A DNA stretch of 64,000 bases from Mytilus trossulus (lineage: Eukaryota), in NCBI RefSeq assembly GCF_036588685.1, contig NC_086375.1, positions 83,266,001 through 83,330,000 on the forward strand. Direction: 5' to 3'. The position numbers and the translations under genes were made by a program. Of the stretch, positions 49,501-63,776 are shown in pieces. The notes under the pieces are model-generated. The model had not been told where the DNA came from, made no database searches, and saw only the letters and a list, made by a program, of their open reading frames with translations. Numbering within the stretch: the first letter of the stretch is position 1; every line of letters begins with the position of its first letter.

Positions 49501-52500
49501 TCAGGACCTATACAATTGAACACTAACAGTAATAATCAATCAACGTCATCGATTATGAACATTTTGACCCCACACAGACTAGAAGAATGGGAAATCGAAT
49601 CCATAGGAACAGAAACAGACAGCGAAGTGAAAGCGAAAACAGACTTACAAGAAATGACCACTTACCAAGAGAATAACATTCATTTGAAAGACAATAGGTA
49701 CATCGCCAAGTTTCCATGGAAACCAGAACATCCGGAGTCGCCTAGCAACGAGATGATCGCCAGAAAGAGAGCATACAACGTAATAAACCGACTTACTAAA
49801 GAACCAGAGATGCTTAAGATATACGGTAACATAATCAAGGACCAAGAAAATCAAGGTTTTATAGAGAAGGTTGAGACCCTGGATGAGACTACTAATCGAG
49901 TGCATTATATTCCACACCACCCAGTGAAAAAAGATTCATCAACTACACCGATACGTATAGTTTATGATTGCAGTTGTCGTCAAGATTCAGAGTCACCCAG
50001 CTTAAATGATTGCCTTTCTTCTACACCGCCGCAGCTTAATAAGCTAACAGATATACTTACAAGATTCCACTACGGGAAATACGACTTAACAACTGATATT
50101 GAGAAATCATTCCTCCAGATTGGACTAGAAGAAGAAGACCGCGATTCCACCCTATTTTTCTGGCTTAATGATCCAAGCAACCCCAAGAGTGAACTTGAGA
50201 CTTACAGATTCAAGGTAATTTTATTCGGAGCGACATGTTTGCCATTTATTCTAAACGCTACATTATTGAAACATTTATCAACGGTTACAAGTGCTACAGC
50301 TGAGATACTCAAACGAGATTTGTATGTAGACAACTTACTTACAAGTGTTAATACGGAAGAAGCCGCCTTAAATTTCTTTGAAAAATCTAGAGAACTAATG
50401 ACAAATGCAGGATTTAATTTGAGAACATGGAAGTCAAATAGCAATCAACTTAGCAACGAAGCTACAAAGGCAAATGTACTTGATACGGATAGCGAGACAA
50501 AAATTCTTGGGATGCGTTGGGATGCGAAGTCAGACATATTGACATTTGCGAAATTAAATGAAGATCCTATAGATATTGATAATTCACAAGTGACAAAAAC
50601 AGAAGAATACGAAAGATGAGTACCGCGAAGATGAAGACCAGACGAGCTGGACATTAGGGAGTTCTTACAAAGTTACTGAAGAAAGTGGAACTGAGCTCCG
50701 AGGAACTTTTGCAGGAATATGACGTTAGTGAACTTTCAACCATTTGAGGACTTATTGTGAAGAAGCAGGAAACGATCAATCAACCGAACGAGAAGATTGT
50801 GGAGGAACTATTGGAAGAGGAAGTGAGCGAAGAAATAGAGGAAGCCGACAGATACACATATGACATAGAAATGAGTGTAACTAAACTTTCAAAAATCATG
50901 AAGGAATCGGAAATCACAGTCAAACAGTCTAGTAAGTTATTGCTTAACCCAAATGCACACGAGTTTATTGATTACACAAATCATCAAGAAAGTCAGCCAC
51001 CGCCTAGTTTCATGCACGCAAATACATCAGCTTCCGTTTTTTCAAACTCCAGCATGTACCACAAACTTCCCAAATTAAATTTACCAACGTTCAGTGGGAA
51101 TATGTTAGAATGGCTCCCAAATTAAATTTACCAACGTTCAGTGGGAATATGTTAGAATGGCAACCCTTTTGGGATTCGTTTAGTGCTGCCGTACACGATA
51201 ACCTGTCTTTAAACGATGTACAGACATTTAATTACTTGAAATCTCAACTGTTCGGAGAAGCCACCAAATGCATAGCAGGTCTACAAATAACTAACACAAA
51301 TTACAGACAAGCATTACATGTACTGAAACAAAGATTCGGTCAACCGCATAAGATAGTTCAAACATACATGCAGAGTTTAATCAGCCTTCCTAGTCCAACT
51401 TCAAATATTACACATTTGAAAAAATTCTACGACAGCATGGAAAACTACATCCTTGGCCTTGAAAGTATAGGGGAGTCTCACGAGTCGTTCGGAAGCCTTT
51501 TAGTTCCCATAATTTTAAATAAACTACCTGGGAATATACGGGAAAATATGGTACATGCCCACGGAGGCGTCCACTGGAAATTGCCGTCGTTACGGCAAGT
51601 TATAACGACGGCAAGTTATTCAACATGAGATAACGATTAAGGAAGCGGGTCAGTCGGTAAACGTAGATGATATAGAGCCAAATAACACACCCACATCAGC
51701 ATTCTTTATGGGTACAAATCGCAACTTTGTAAATCAGAAAGGGAAAAGAGACATAACCAAGAAGCTGTGCATCTATTGTCAAGGAGTTCACGCCCCATTA
51801 GCTTGTAAAACTGTTACAGAAATTGAAGCTCGAAAACGCATTGTTAAGGAGAAACAGGCATGTTTCAATTGCTTAGGAAATCACAGAGTTGCCGATTGCA
51901 AATCCGATAAAACGTGTAAAAACTGTAATAAACGACACCATACTAGGATTTGTTCAAAGAATGAATCACACCTGTATACCAAGTCTAAAGATAGCAGTAC
52001 ACCAAAACCAGATACTGATGCCGCAGTCGCAAGCATGCATTCATCCACATCATCAGTTAGATCGCAGGTATTGTTGAAAACAGCGATAGCACGTATGACA
52101 AGACACATTTTAACACTGCCAATATACTATTCGACGAAGGAGCCCAGCGAAGCTTTATCACTCAAGAAATGGCCGATTTATTGAACCTGAGACCACACTG
52201 GAAAGAAGGATACGATTGGGACCAGGTGTTGCCTAGCAACATAGTTAAATCATGGTTAGAAATTTTAGATGACATCCGAGATGTAACAGTTAATACGAAA
52301 ATCGCACGACATTATTTCAACGATCAAAATGAGAACGAAAGCAACGAGAAAATCCAGCCAACGCGCTTATGGAGCCAGTGCCTACTTGGAGTACTATGGA
52401 GTGACAGTCAGATCGTTCTGCACTGGATTTCTTCTTTAAAATCATTTGGAAGATTTGTTCAGAATCGTGTGATAGCAATTAAAGAATCGACACAAAATTA

Positions 52501-55500
52501 CGACTGGAAATACGTACCAACAGACTCAAATCCAGCCGAGCTTCAAACTAGAGGAATATTATCAAAGCAATTCAAAGAATCAACTTTGTGGATGCAAGGA
52601 CCATCGTGGATATCGGATGAGAACAGTTGGCCTACATGGACCCCACAAGTTAAACAAGAGACTCTTTTGTTAACGACAACAGATGACAGCGAAAAGACAA
52701 AACCGTGTAAATTAAGTGGAATTTCGAAAATAATTTATCTATCGAGATCCTCGTCATTAAAGAAGTTACTACAAGTTACATGCTACGTGTTTAAATTTGT
52801 GAATATATGTAAAAGTAAGCGACTGTATAACTTGAGGAAATATGCTAGACACGGAAAAGATATTACAAAAGATGAAATCGACCGCGCAACTCGTACATGG
52901 ATTACAGATATTCAAAATGAAAAATTCAGTAATGAAAAGCAGCAACTCACAAACCCGTCACATGACAAGAATCTACCGTTAGTAAGACAACTGCGCTTGT
53001 TCATAGATACAGAAGGTGTCATTCGATGCGCTGGGCGTATACACAATTCACAGTTAGACGACTCCGCGAAGTTTCCAGTGTTACTACCGAAAAAAAATCT
53101 ATTTACGGACTTAGTTATATTGAATGCGCACCTGCAGATGTTGCATTCTGGTGCTGGACAGACAATTACGCAAATCCGCCAATCATATTGGATACCTTCC
53201 ATTTGACAATGCGTTAACCACATCATCCAGAAATGTGTAAAGTGCCGAAAAGTGACCGGAATAGCATTTCCAGAGCAAATTTTGCCTCCACTACCAAAGG
53301 AGAGAGTCACCGATATGATACCGTTTACGACAACTGGTGTTGATTTCGCTGGACCACTATTTGTTAACGATAATGGACTTGTTACAAAATCGTATATTTG
53401 CCTATTCACATGTGCGTGTATTCATGCTGTACACCTAGAATTAGTTACGGATATGACAATCGAGTCATTCAAATTAGCGTTTAGATGATTCGTAAGTAGG
53501 AGAGGAATTCCAAGTACTGTGTATTCCGATAATGCACCAACCTTTTTTTCCGCCTCACATGACATTCCGAAGGAAATGAACATTCAAATTAATTGCAAAT
53601 TTATCCCGAAAGCAGCACCGTGGTATGGTGGATTGTGGGAGAGACTATTTGGAATTACGAGAACAACATTGAAAAAAGTGCACATGTGAAAATCGGTTCC
53701 GTCGTACAAATCATGGACAATTCACAGAGAATGATGTGGAAACTAGCAGTTATAGAAGATTTGATCACCGGGAAGGATGGAGTCGTAAGAGCAGTCAAAC
53801 TACGTACACCAAATGGACTGATTACCACGAGACCAATTGTGAAACTGGTGCCACTGGAAATATGAACTTTAATTGTTAAAAGTGTTTTTTCAATACCCTT
53901 TTTTATGAACAATACATGAACAGTAATTGCATTTTGCGGCCCCCAGAATGTTGTGAATTAGTTATAGTTACTTTATACTCTTTTATTTGTTTAATGTTTT
54001 ACCGCCATTTACGTAACAATAGGCCTGCAACGTCGTCACTTGCCGACGTCTCTCTTGTATATCATAGACTTGTAAAGCTTACGAACATTGAAGACGCTGT
54101 TGTGTTTACTAATATCGATACGTCCAAAACACATAGATCAAGGAGAGAACTTTAATTGTACCTGTTCTAGTATTGAAACACTGATACAGAGAATCATGTA
54201 TATCCTTCATTTCATTTGACAGATAGACAGACGGACTCTCAAGACCAGACTTTAAAATATCCTTCTGAATGTTAGTGAGAACAATTAACTTCATGCGATA
54301 ATCTATTTTACAAGTTAAGAGTTGATCATTGTAAAATAAATACTAGATATCAAGCAACTGTAAACTGTTGAATTTTAGAGTAAGAGATAATCTCAAACTT
54401 ACCACTGAACTGTCCAAATGTATATCAGTAGGTGGATCATTGACATCCTTTATAACAATATTAATGGTGTCTGTGATGGAGAGACTGGGTACACCAGAAT
54501 CTGTTGATTTCACTTGTATCGTAAACACACTGCTTTCTTCAAAGTTTATAAGTTCTGCTCTACTTCCTATCTTTAATGTTCTGCCATCTAATACAAAAGC
54601 ATCTTCTATATATGGGTCTGATTTGGAAATATCTAAACTACAAAATAGAAATAAAAACAATGCTGGTATGTCTGGCTGGTAATGTGTTTCCATTAGAAAT
54701 TATTATAGTTAATCTGCACATGTTATGAATATAACACTTTCCTTGTATCAGGATGATTAAGAGCTGAATATATCATAAAAAACATTTATCTATTGCTGAA
54801 GACTAAATGTTGACCCCTAGGTCCTTTGAATTTTCAGCATCATTTGATTTATGTTCATATTCTTTACATATCATATTCTCTTCATTTGATTTTTACTGTT
54901 ATCAACTTATGACTCACTGTCTCTAATTTAGTTTGTCAAATAAGGAATGAAATTATCATATAACTCTTTTTCTTAATATGATGATTTTTTTTTATTAATA
55001 ATTTAATATATTTTAGTATGAAAGTGTTTACTTTGATTAATTATTATCCTTTTCTATTTTTTTTTGTAAATTAAGGTCATTAATCAGTGCTTACCCTTTA
55101 GCTACTGCTAACAACGAGTAACTATAAGTTTGGTCCTTTTCATGGTCTTCAGTATTAAGGTCCCCTATCACAGTCCCAGTCTCACTGTTTTCCTGTAAGT
55201 ACCCTCCTCCATATACCCTGATTTTGATTGGTGCCTCATTTACATCAGAAACTTGGATCTATAAGCCAAATGTATGTTGGTATATAAAATACAACAAATA
55301 AGAAATGTCATATTAATTAAGGTATTTTCTTAATGTTTTGGGGCATTAATTGGGGGATGCAATAATTTCTCAACATTATCTTTCAGCACCCCTCTCTTTG
55401 TTATGATAAGTTTTCAAAATTAAAATTAAGAAGTTTCAACCTCAAAGTATTAGCAAATGGTATAAGCTGTCTGACAGATTCTAAAATTACTCACAAGTAA

Positions 55501-58500
55501 TACCTCATCACTGTACGCCTGCTGATAAGTCGATTGTGCTGTTTAGAAAATCTGACAGAAATATTTGTTACCCTCAAATGGACAAATATGTGAAAGGACA
55601 AACAGATAAATAAGGTGAATTAGAAGTTTGGGTAAAATAATCAATTTATATTACATATAATAAATTCTTTATACATATAACTTTTTCATGTCCTGAATTA
55701 AACTTTTCAATTGGGAAATAAATCTGAACTTTTCATACCTTGAATGATTCTGTAAGATTAAAAGGTTTGTCATTGTAAGTGCCAGATGCTGTTACAGTAA
55801 CCTCCCACTCTGATTGTTCCTCATAGTTTAAAGGTTCTTTTATCTTCAGTAAATCCCCATCAAGTTTGAATGGCATATCTTGGTCTGACAACTGATATGC
55901 AAATGGCTGGAAAAAGAAATACATAATTTATAACTTTAAACTGTCAATTAGGTTAAAATATAGCTACTAGAAATGAATTTATGGTGTTCTTGATGATCAC
56001 ACTTTTCTAGGAAGGAGTAACTGATGGCTATACCTTATCTTAACTTAAGGCAGAATATCAAAGCAAGAAATCAATGACAAGGCCATATAAAAGTAATGCT
56101 AAATGATAACACTGTTGCTGTCTAATTAGCAATACTTCTATCTGCATAATTCTGTTTCCTAGCAGGCAAGACAAGAAATGGAGTTAATTTGATGACTAGT
56201 TAAACTGCAACATCAGACCATAGCTTATATTTGTATTTTGTAAACCCCTTTAATTGTTAACAGTATCATTCATTAATTCAATGTTTATCTATGTTCACTA
56301 AGTCGACCAAAACAAATTACGTCAAAAAGAGAACCAATTCTCCTTTTAATTTACCAAAAAATTAAGCAGCCATCTATCTTCATCTACTATACCAAAATAT
56401 TTACCCCGGTTAAAGCGTCCATTGTCAGTTGATGGACAATTAGTACTTGGCCAATTGTAAAAGTCTCCTCATTTTCAGGAACAGTTTTCTGATCTTGTAG
56501 AACAATAATCTTTGGCACTTCAATGGTTTCTTTGATTTGAATGTTTACAGGAACAGTTTTTGATAATGGTGGCTTCCCAGAATCCTGACATGTTATACTG
56601 ATGTTCATCTGGTTCTTATCTAGTGGTATAGATCCATTGACCTGAAGGTATATAGTATACCATGCTTTGAATTGTGAAATCATTTATCATTATATATTTT
56701 TGTTCTTATCAAGTGGTATAGATCCATTGACCTGAAATTATTTTGTATTAACTGATTAATTAATAGTGTTTATAAAACTTTTCCTAGTCATACACAGATG
56801 GGTTGTAAATGAGTATATCTAATTCATTTTTTATAAAAATAAGAAGACGTGGTATGATTGCCAGTTCTCCACCAGATATGTCGATATAATTATCAAATTC
56901 AGACTGAAATATAAAATCAAATAAGTCAATTGTTACTTTGCATCACTCAAATTATAATTATTTTATCAAATATGTGTTCATATCACTTACTCCAAGATCT
57001 GTTTAATAAAAATAGAAAATTCACATCTCACATTCACTGTTAATATTGTTATGATTTATTCCTAAAATGAGTATAACATCCAATCATTAGTTGCATATCA
57101 ATTGTTTATTATATGTTTACAATCACACATTTTGGTTTAAACTTTTGAAAAATATTACTTTGAATGCATTTGCATATTTGAATAGTATTATAAAAAAAAA
57201 GATAAAATCCAAACTTCAATTGTACCTTCAGTAACAAGTTGTTGACAACAAATACTCCAACACCTTCCTCCCCTACAGTACAGTTATGGGTCTGTCCATG
57301 GGTCATTCCACTGTTGTCTGGGTCAGTGACTGTTACAATGCCAACAGCATCACTTATAGCTGCATCGTTGCTCACCTTTAAAAAATATAACATTACTTTT
57401 CATTATATGTCATTCAAAAAACAAAACTACTTCTGAAATATTTATTTGTGATCTGCAGAAAAATCAACACTTATTTAATGAACTGCCATTGCATGGACAA
57501 AAGCCTGGTTATAATTATTAATTGAGTTTTACTAAAGATTAACTAATCAGAAAACTTTAGAAGAAATGAACACTAAAAAAAATAAGTTGGCTGCATACTG
57601 TTGGTATCACTAAAACCCATCATCATTAATAGTCTGTACAAATGAGGTCAAGGTCATAGGACTCCTATCAGACAGTGAGTAATCTTTACAAAAAACAGAT
57701 ATAGGTGACCTAATCTCCAAAAACAAATCCATTGAACCATGGAAATGAGGTCAAACTCAGGCATATCATTCGAAAGAAGACATAGTTATAGCTAATCTAT
57801 CATTTAAGTATTGTTTCTAAGAAACTGAATCTTATCTGGAAACATAAGGTTGATTATTAATGATAAAGAATAACTTATATAGTAAGTAATTAATTACATA
57901 CATCATATGATGACAACTCAATAGCTGAAGGTGCCTCGTTCACATTTATCACATTAAAGTTGAAAGTTTTGATGAAATACTGAGATGGAACTCCATTGTC
58001 CTTAGATTTAATGGTGACATCATAACTTTGTTTCTTTTCATAGTCAACGGGAAACTGAGCAATCAACATTCCCTCCTTCACTGTGAAGATTTCCCAAAAT
58101 GTGATAACTTGGTAGATGTGTTGGTCATCCTCGTCATCATCAAGTGATTCAAGTTGACCAATCTCAAAGTATGGTGAATTTTCTGGTATGCTGGTGACCT
58201 CTCCATCAAGTTCAATGTCCTAAAGTAAATGATAATTTTGCAAGATCACTGCTCTTTTTTTATATATATTTTGAAAAGTCATTATTAATTCAGTTTTTGA
58301 TCAATTTTTGCAATCAAATGTATAAAGCAAATGATGCAGAGAAATCTTGATTAAACATACAATTTTTAAAGGCTTTCAATTTTTTATGAAGATAGCATTT
58401 TATAAACTACACTTAGATATTCTGTTTTGAACTTTGAAAAATTGGTTAGAATGCTGTATGTAAGTGTGTGACTTCTGGCGTAGCTTGATATTATTAAAAG

Positions 58501-61500
58501 GAATTTGACTTTGTAAAAAAGGTCAATAAATGTGCTAGAAAGATGATAGAACAATGACTGGTAGTTGCTTAGAAATTAATAGATGCGCATCCTCATCAAT
58601 TGGAATGCCTATATAACCACTTAGGATCATACCTTGTACATATTTCATAACTTGATCTTTGATGTTATTTCAACATGATTCATACCACCCAGCTAACAAG
58701 ATAATGGTCTGATCTGCCCATATTAAGGCCTCCCATCTATATATAAACTTACATATGGAGGCTCATTACAGTTGACTATATTAAACACAAATTCCTGCTG
58801 AATCTGCAGGCCAAGATGATCTTTCACCATGACAACAAGTCTATGAGCTCTAAGCTCTGGATCTTCATAATTGACAATCTTGTTCAATAAAACATCAGTA
58901 CTACACTGTGTGATATAAGGAGCTTCTGTTGACTGTAAACAAAACAACATACTATCTGTTATGTATAGTCCACATTATCTTTGCTTGTTGGACACATAAA
59001 TGGTTGTAGGATACCAATTGTTATCATTAATTATTTGCATACATTCAGACTTCAACAAGTGCTAATAATTAAATCATGTAAAAAAATATACCGGTATACA
59101 TATAAAAATCAACTAAAAAATTTCTTGAACAACATAAATGTTTGCAAATTCAAACTGTAAGAAGGCTTACCTAGTTCTTATTTCAATGGACAAAGTTCCT
59201 ATAAAATTTCTATTCCTGTTGGTTTCCAAAGAGGATTGTAATATTGTTCATTTATAGCTTCATTTAAATGTTATTAAATCTTAAGGAATGAAGGTATTAG
59301 AGGAGTTATAAAGCTTTTCAGAATGAATGTTTTTTCGAATTTGCCAATTCCCTCTAAATTTTGATGGAACTGCTTTATTTAAAAGTACACTAAAGGTAAC
59401 AAGTACAAAAATTGTAAAACTGAGACTAATATATAAAATTAGAACATACCAAACTAAATTTGAATATCAATCGAAGTGCAAAAGCGCTGGAAAAGGCATT
59501 TGCATTTGAAACACAAGCCCTGAAAACTTGTTGGATGGTATTCTCTGGGACTTTAATATAGTCCATGAGCATTGATACAGATCAAGTGGTGGTAATATCT
59601 TTATACATGGCACATAATTAATCTAAATGCTTAACCTGCTTGCAATCTGGTGATGCAGACGACAGTTTGAAAATGCCACTTCCTGTTTCTATTAAGGTGA
59701 AGGTCAGTTTATCTGACTGGTCAGGATCAGATGCCATTAAAGTGCCTACAACATCATTGATTAGTGTGCATTCTGGAATTTCCATATTTTTCACTTTTTC
59801 AGTTTCCAACATTTTAACTGTTTCTGGTTTCTCATTTCTGTTATTGACTGCTAAGGTGAAATTCTTTGCAATCTGAAAAAATATTTCAGAATTAGTTTTA
59901 ATGAATCACGATATGCTAACTAGATATAGGAAGATGTGGTGTGAGTGCCAATTAGACAACTCTCCATCCAAATAACAATTTAAAAAGTAAACCATTATAG
60001 GTTAAAGTACGGCCTTCAACACAGAGCCTTGGCTCACACCGAACAACAAGCAATAAAGGGCCCCAAAATTACTAGTGTAAAACCATTCAAACGGGAAAAA
60101 CAACGGTCTAATCTATATAAACAAAACGAGAAACGAGAAACACGTATATATTACATAAACAAACAACAACTACTGTACATCAGATAGTATATATTTGTTT
60201 AGGGGCCAGCTAAAGGACGCCTCCGGGTGCAGGAATTTCTCGCTACATTGAAGACCTGTTGGTGACCTTCTGCTGTTGTTTTTTTATTTGGTCGAGTTGT
60301 TGTCTCTTTGACACATTCCCCATTTCCATTTTCCATACTCTACATGAGCTACTGCTTAATACAGATTTTACTGTAGTTCAGACTGACCCTTTTTTAAATT
60401 AATGCTTAATCACTCAAGTGCACCTTTTAGCAAGTATATATAATAACTTTAATAACTTACTGACTTTACAGGAAACCCATCATCTGACACTTGGACTTGA
60501 AATGTTACGCTTGGTGTGGATTCATAATCAACTGCTCCACTAACAACTACTGTGTTACCAGTTACAGAGAAGAAGTCTCCCTTACACATCAAATAGGACA
60601 ATGTCTGACCATTATCTTCATCCTCTGCTGATAAGGTACCAACTACTGTACCTAAGGGGGAATTCTCTGCTAGGCTCTCAGCTAAAATAGATTATAATTT
60701 TCTAGATTTAGCTTATAACACCAAATGCAAATACGTTTATGGGATAAATTTTGAGAAAAATGCAAGCAAGATGAATGGCATTCAAATTATATAGAATTCT
60801 AAAATAAGAAACTTTATAATGTGGTTAATGAAAATAAAAATTTGGAACATCATAATTGATTTCCTATTATAGACCAAAAATATAACTATATCTCCCCTAC
60901 TTAAGGAAAAATTTTAAAAATTGAAATATACAAAAAATCTTCTATATTTGAAAAGAGTAATTATTAAAAGAACAATCCCATATTTTATTTCAATAAGATG
61001 ATAAGTCTTTCAAATGATATCTTTTTACATTTGTATCTCAAAATATTCATATTTCATTAAAGATATTATATTTTCTGCTATATTTCAATCCAAGATGGTG
61101 CAAGATCCTCCAATCTACCATAAAAGAGATCCATGTGTATACCTGACAATGTCAAACCAGTAGGAGAGTCGTTGTCATCAGTTATCTCTATAATGAAGGT
61201 GGCATCCTTTGTCAGTGGTGGTGTGCCACTGTCCTGTACTGTTATAGAGATAGAATATGTCCTCTCTTTCTCAAAGTTAAAATCAGCATTATCAACCTTA
61301 AATACATAAAAAATCTCATAAAATTTGTATCATCAACCTCATCAATTAAGAAATATCACTCATAAGTCTGCATTTTCAACTGAGCACAACAAAATCACTC
61401 AGTCTGCATCCATTTTTTCAATCATATTCACTTACAGAATACATCTTTTAAGTACAATAAAAAGAACAGCTTTCCAATGCCCCCCACATTACACATATTT

Positions 61501-63443
61501 TATCTGTACAAGGGCAATAACTCAACAATATAATTTTCTAAGTATCAATTTATACTTACAACAACATGTCCATCCTGTATTGTGAATCTTCCGTCAGCAT
61601 TGTCTGTCATAGAATATGTAAATGTTTGTTTCTCTCCCCCTTCATTATCAGGATCTATTGCTATCAAATGTCCAACTTCATCTCCAGATTTACTGCTCTC
61701 AGATATCTACATTAAGCCAAGAGCAATAAAAGAACAATATGTACTATCAAATAGATTTTTTATGACAACATGCATTTATAGAGAACAATCTAGAATTTAT
61801 GATAGCAGTTAAATCATTTGATGAAGAGAATCAAATTATAATTAACTGCATTTTAGAGTGTGTTATAACAAATCTCAACAATAGAATACACAATACATGC
61901 AATAATGAGACTCAAATGTTTTTGAAATAAAATTTGCAACAGGTATTAATTATAATTAATAAACATCCAAAATGATAGAAACTTGCTTAGAATTATTATG
62001 CTAAATGGAATTACAAGTTAAATTGTTTATGTTTTTTTCCAAACATGAAGAGTAGGTCCTTAGGACTGTATTTTCATATTATTTGGACAGTCTGAATGGT
62101 GGCTCTATATATACTTACTTTATTATTGGACAGTCTAACAGATGAAACTGGCTCGTTCACATCAGTTACAATCACGATGAAAACTTTGTCATAGTATAAT
62201 GGATTAGGTTCCCCACTATCTGTTACCCTGATGGTGATCTCATGTTTTATCTGTGTCTCATAGTCCAACTCGGCTGCTGATGTCACCTTCAAACAAACAA
62301 ACTCCATCACCAATTTTTCTTTTATTTCAGAATACAAAACCTGACAACTGGGAAAGTGCTTTTCTGATGTATAGTATATTTTTGGTTTTTTTTTCTCCAC
62401 AAAAAACGTCACAGAAATCATTTGCAAATGTTTAACTGTTTAGATTACCGGTACATTTAATCTGTTCATTTACCAATAGATTGACATATTTTTGAGAGGC
62501 TTGCATAAGGCCTTTACAAAATAAATATTATCTGGTTTATAAACATGTGAGTGATTAGCATATAATTGAAGAAATCACAAATCTCTATTATATTGCCAAT
62601 GTAAAATAAATATTTTGTTGAGACCTTTGAAAGTCATCATTGACCTTACTAATAGCCAATGGACATGTTTCAATTATCTAAGACAGTGTAAGATAGGCCA
62701 GGCAAATTTTGACATTCTTAGTAGCATTAATTACTATCACACTTCTTTTAATGTTATAATGGAATATCTGCTCCCGTCAGCAACTATTAACATATTATGG
62801 AGAATTATAAATACCAACCCGTCAGAATAAAGCAAAGTTATTTATAACTTACCTTCAGTTTATTATGTGCTATGTAGAAAAACTTGGATCCTGATTGAAT
62901 GGTAAAACTATGTGTTTGTGTTGTGTCTGGGTCAGTCGCTGATAAGGTTGCCATAACAACATCAACAGAGTTTTCTGGGATATCTAAGGTGCCATCCACT
63001 ATAATGTCCTGAAATTATCAGATTTTTTTTTTTTTCTTTCATCGAAAATCTTACTTAATGTTATTGGGTATATAAAATAACAAGCTGATTTATCAAATAT
63101 ACATTTCTTTAATCACTGTAATTTATGAAATATTAATATAAAAAGGCTTTTATAAGGGATGATATGTTTTTCTAAACCTAAAAACAAATTTTGACAAAGT
63201 CTAACAGCTGAAAATTATTTAGAAAATAATCTAACACAGATAAATTTGAAATAAAAGATTTATTTTCTTGTACAAAATAAAACTTACACTAGGTGCATCA
63301 TTAGCATCACTGATAGTTAGTGTACTTTGTTGACTGATCTTAGACCCCTCATTGTCAACTGCATAAAACAAGAGGCTCACTGATGTTTCAGTCTCAAAAT
63401 CAAATGTTTCAGAACTCCTCACATCTGCTGTACATCTTATACC
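40417..63443 (-). CDS. Fat/protocadherin-like cadherin-EGF membrane protein; 24 exons in window, 5' part outside the window
   Basis: AG/GT-bounded, phase-compatible exons: 63288-63443, 62853-63008, 62119-62286, 61560-61706, 61143-61296, 60461-60681, 59636-59872, 58753-58932, 57902-58219, 57226-57375, 56405-56641, 55739-55906, 55095-55258, 54403-54637, 49365-49478, 48529-48603, 47732-47917, 47259-47420, 46723-46879, 46066-46190, 45072-45374, 42977-43159, 41214-42534, 40417-40542. Recurrent cadherin motifs xPEN, DxD, LDYE/DFE, DxG and DxN(D/E)xP. Confidence 0.92.
41214..42534 (-). CDS. Large exon: last cadherin-like repeats, about 5 EGF repeats and a juxtamembrane region with RRRKRRS
   Basis: 1321 nt, TTTTAG|ATTGAT ... 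TTAG|GTAAAC. EGF patterns include [37 protein letters not shown]. Confidence 0.95.
43394..44426. mobile_element. Tc1/mariner-pogo-type non-autonomous element in an intron
   Basis: TA|CAGTGAAACTTCTCTAAACCGG ... CCGGTTTTGAGAAGTTTCACTG|TA, with repeated AAACCGGCC subterminal motifs. Confidence 0.9.
44588..44845 (-). mobile_element. tRNA-derived SINE, degenerate
   Basis: A-box TGGCTGAGTGG (reverse complement of 44828-44838), a degenerate B-box near 44770 and a short-repeat tail near 44590. Confidence 0.55.
48401..48540 (-). repeat. 29-bp x5 tandem repeat duplicating the donor of exon 48529-48603
   Basis: Unit TAGTTTACTTACATCTATAACATATGTGT starts at 48401, 48430, 48459, 48488 and 48517; its reverse complement contains GTTATAGAT|GTAAGT. 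Confidence 0.9.
49003..49211. mobile_element. TA-TSD MITE, CTGTGGATTC family
   Basis: TA|CTGTGGATTCAT...ATGAATCCACAG|TA. Confidence 0.85.
49501..54188 (+). mobile_element. Defective, rearranged BEL/Pao LTR retrotransposon in an intron, antisense to the host gene
   Basis: RT block at 49501-50600 (YIPHHPVKK, RIVYDCS, DIEKSFLQI, YVDNL). gag from 50617 (KLPKLNLPTFSG; CCHC knuckles at 51768-51957). Protease VLLKTA..ILFDEGAQRSFI, RNase H WSDSQIVLHWI..NPAE, integrase TGVDFAGP..AVHLELV, C-terminus RPIVKLVPLEI. A putative 3' LTR starts TGTTG at 53949; its end is approximate. Confidence 0.92.
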
Positions 63444-63568
63444 CTGTGTAAAATACATTTATATATTGATTTTGTTATCTTCATACATACATGAAAACAA
63501 GAGTAAAAGTATCTTATTGAGTGTCAGCAGAAATATCAGATCTTAAGGAATACAAACAATTCAATATA

Positions 63569-63776
63569 CTGTGGATTCATTTTTATTCGTTGGATACCAA
63601 TTTTCGTGGATTTCGTTGGAACAGTTGAACCACAAAATTAAATGTTCAACGAATGACAAATTTTCTCAGGGCTTGTATGCAGACTTCAGCAAAACCATGA
63701 AATCAAATATCCATGAATATGCAAGTTTTCCTTAATCCACGAAAATTGGTACCAACGAAAATAAATGAATCCACAG
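63569..63776. mobile_element. TA-TSD MITE, CTGTGGATTC family
   Basis: TA|CTGTGGATTCATTT...AAATGAATCCACAG|TA. Confidence 0.88.

Noticed and set aside
40417-63443. Assigning the symbol FAT4 or CELSR
   Set aside because: No laminin-G or 7TM region is seen, and orthology cannot be established from this window.
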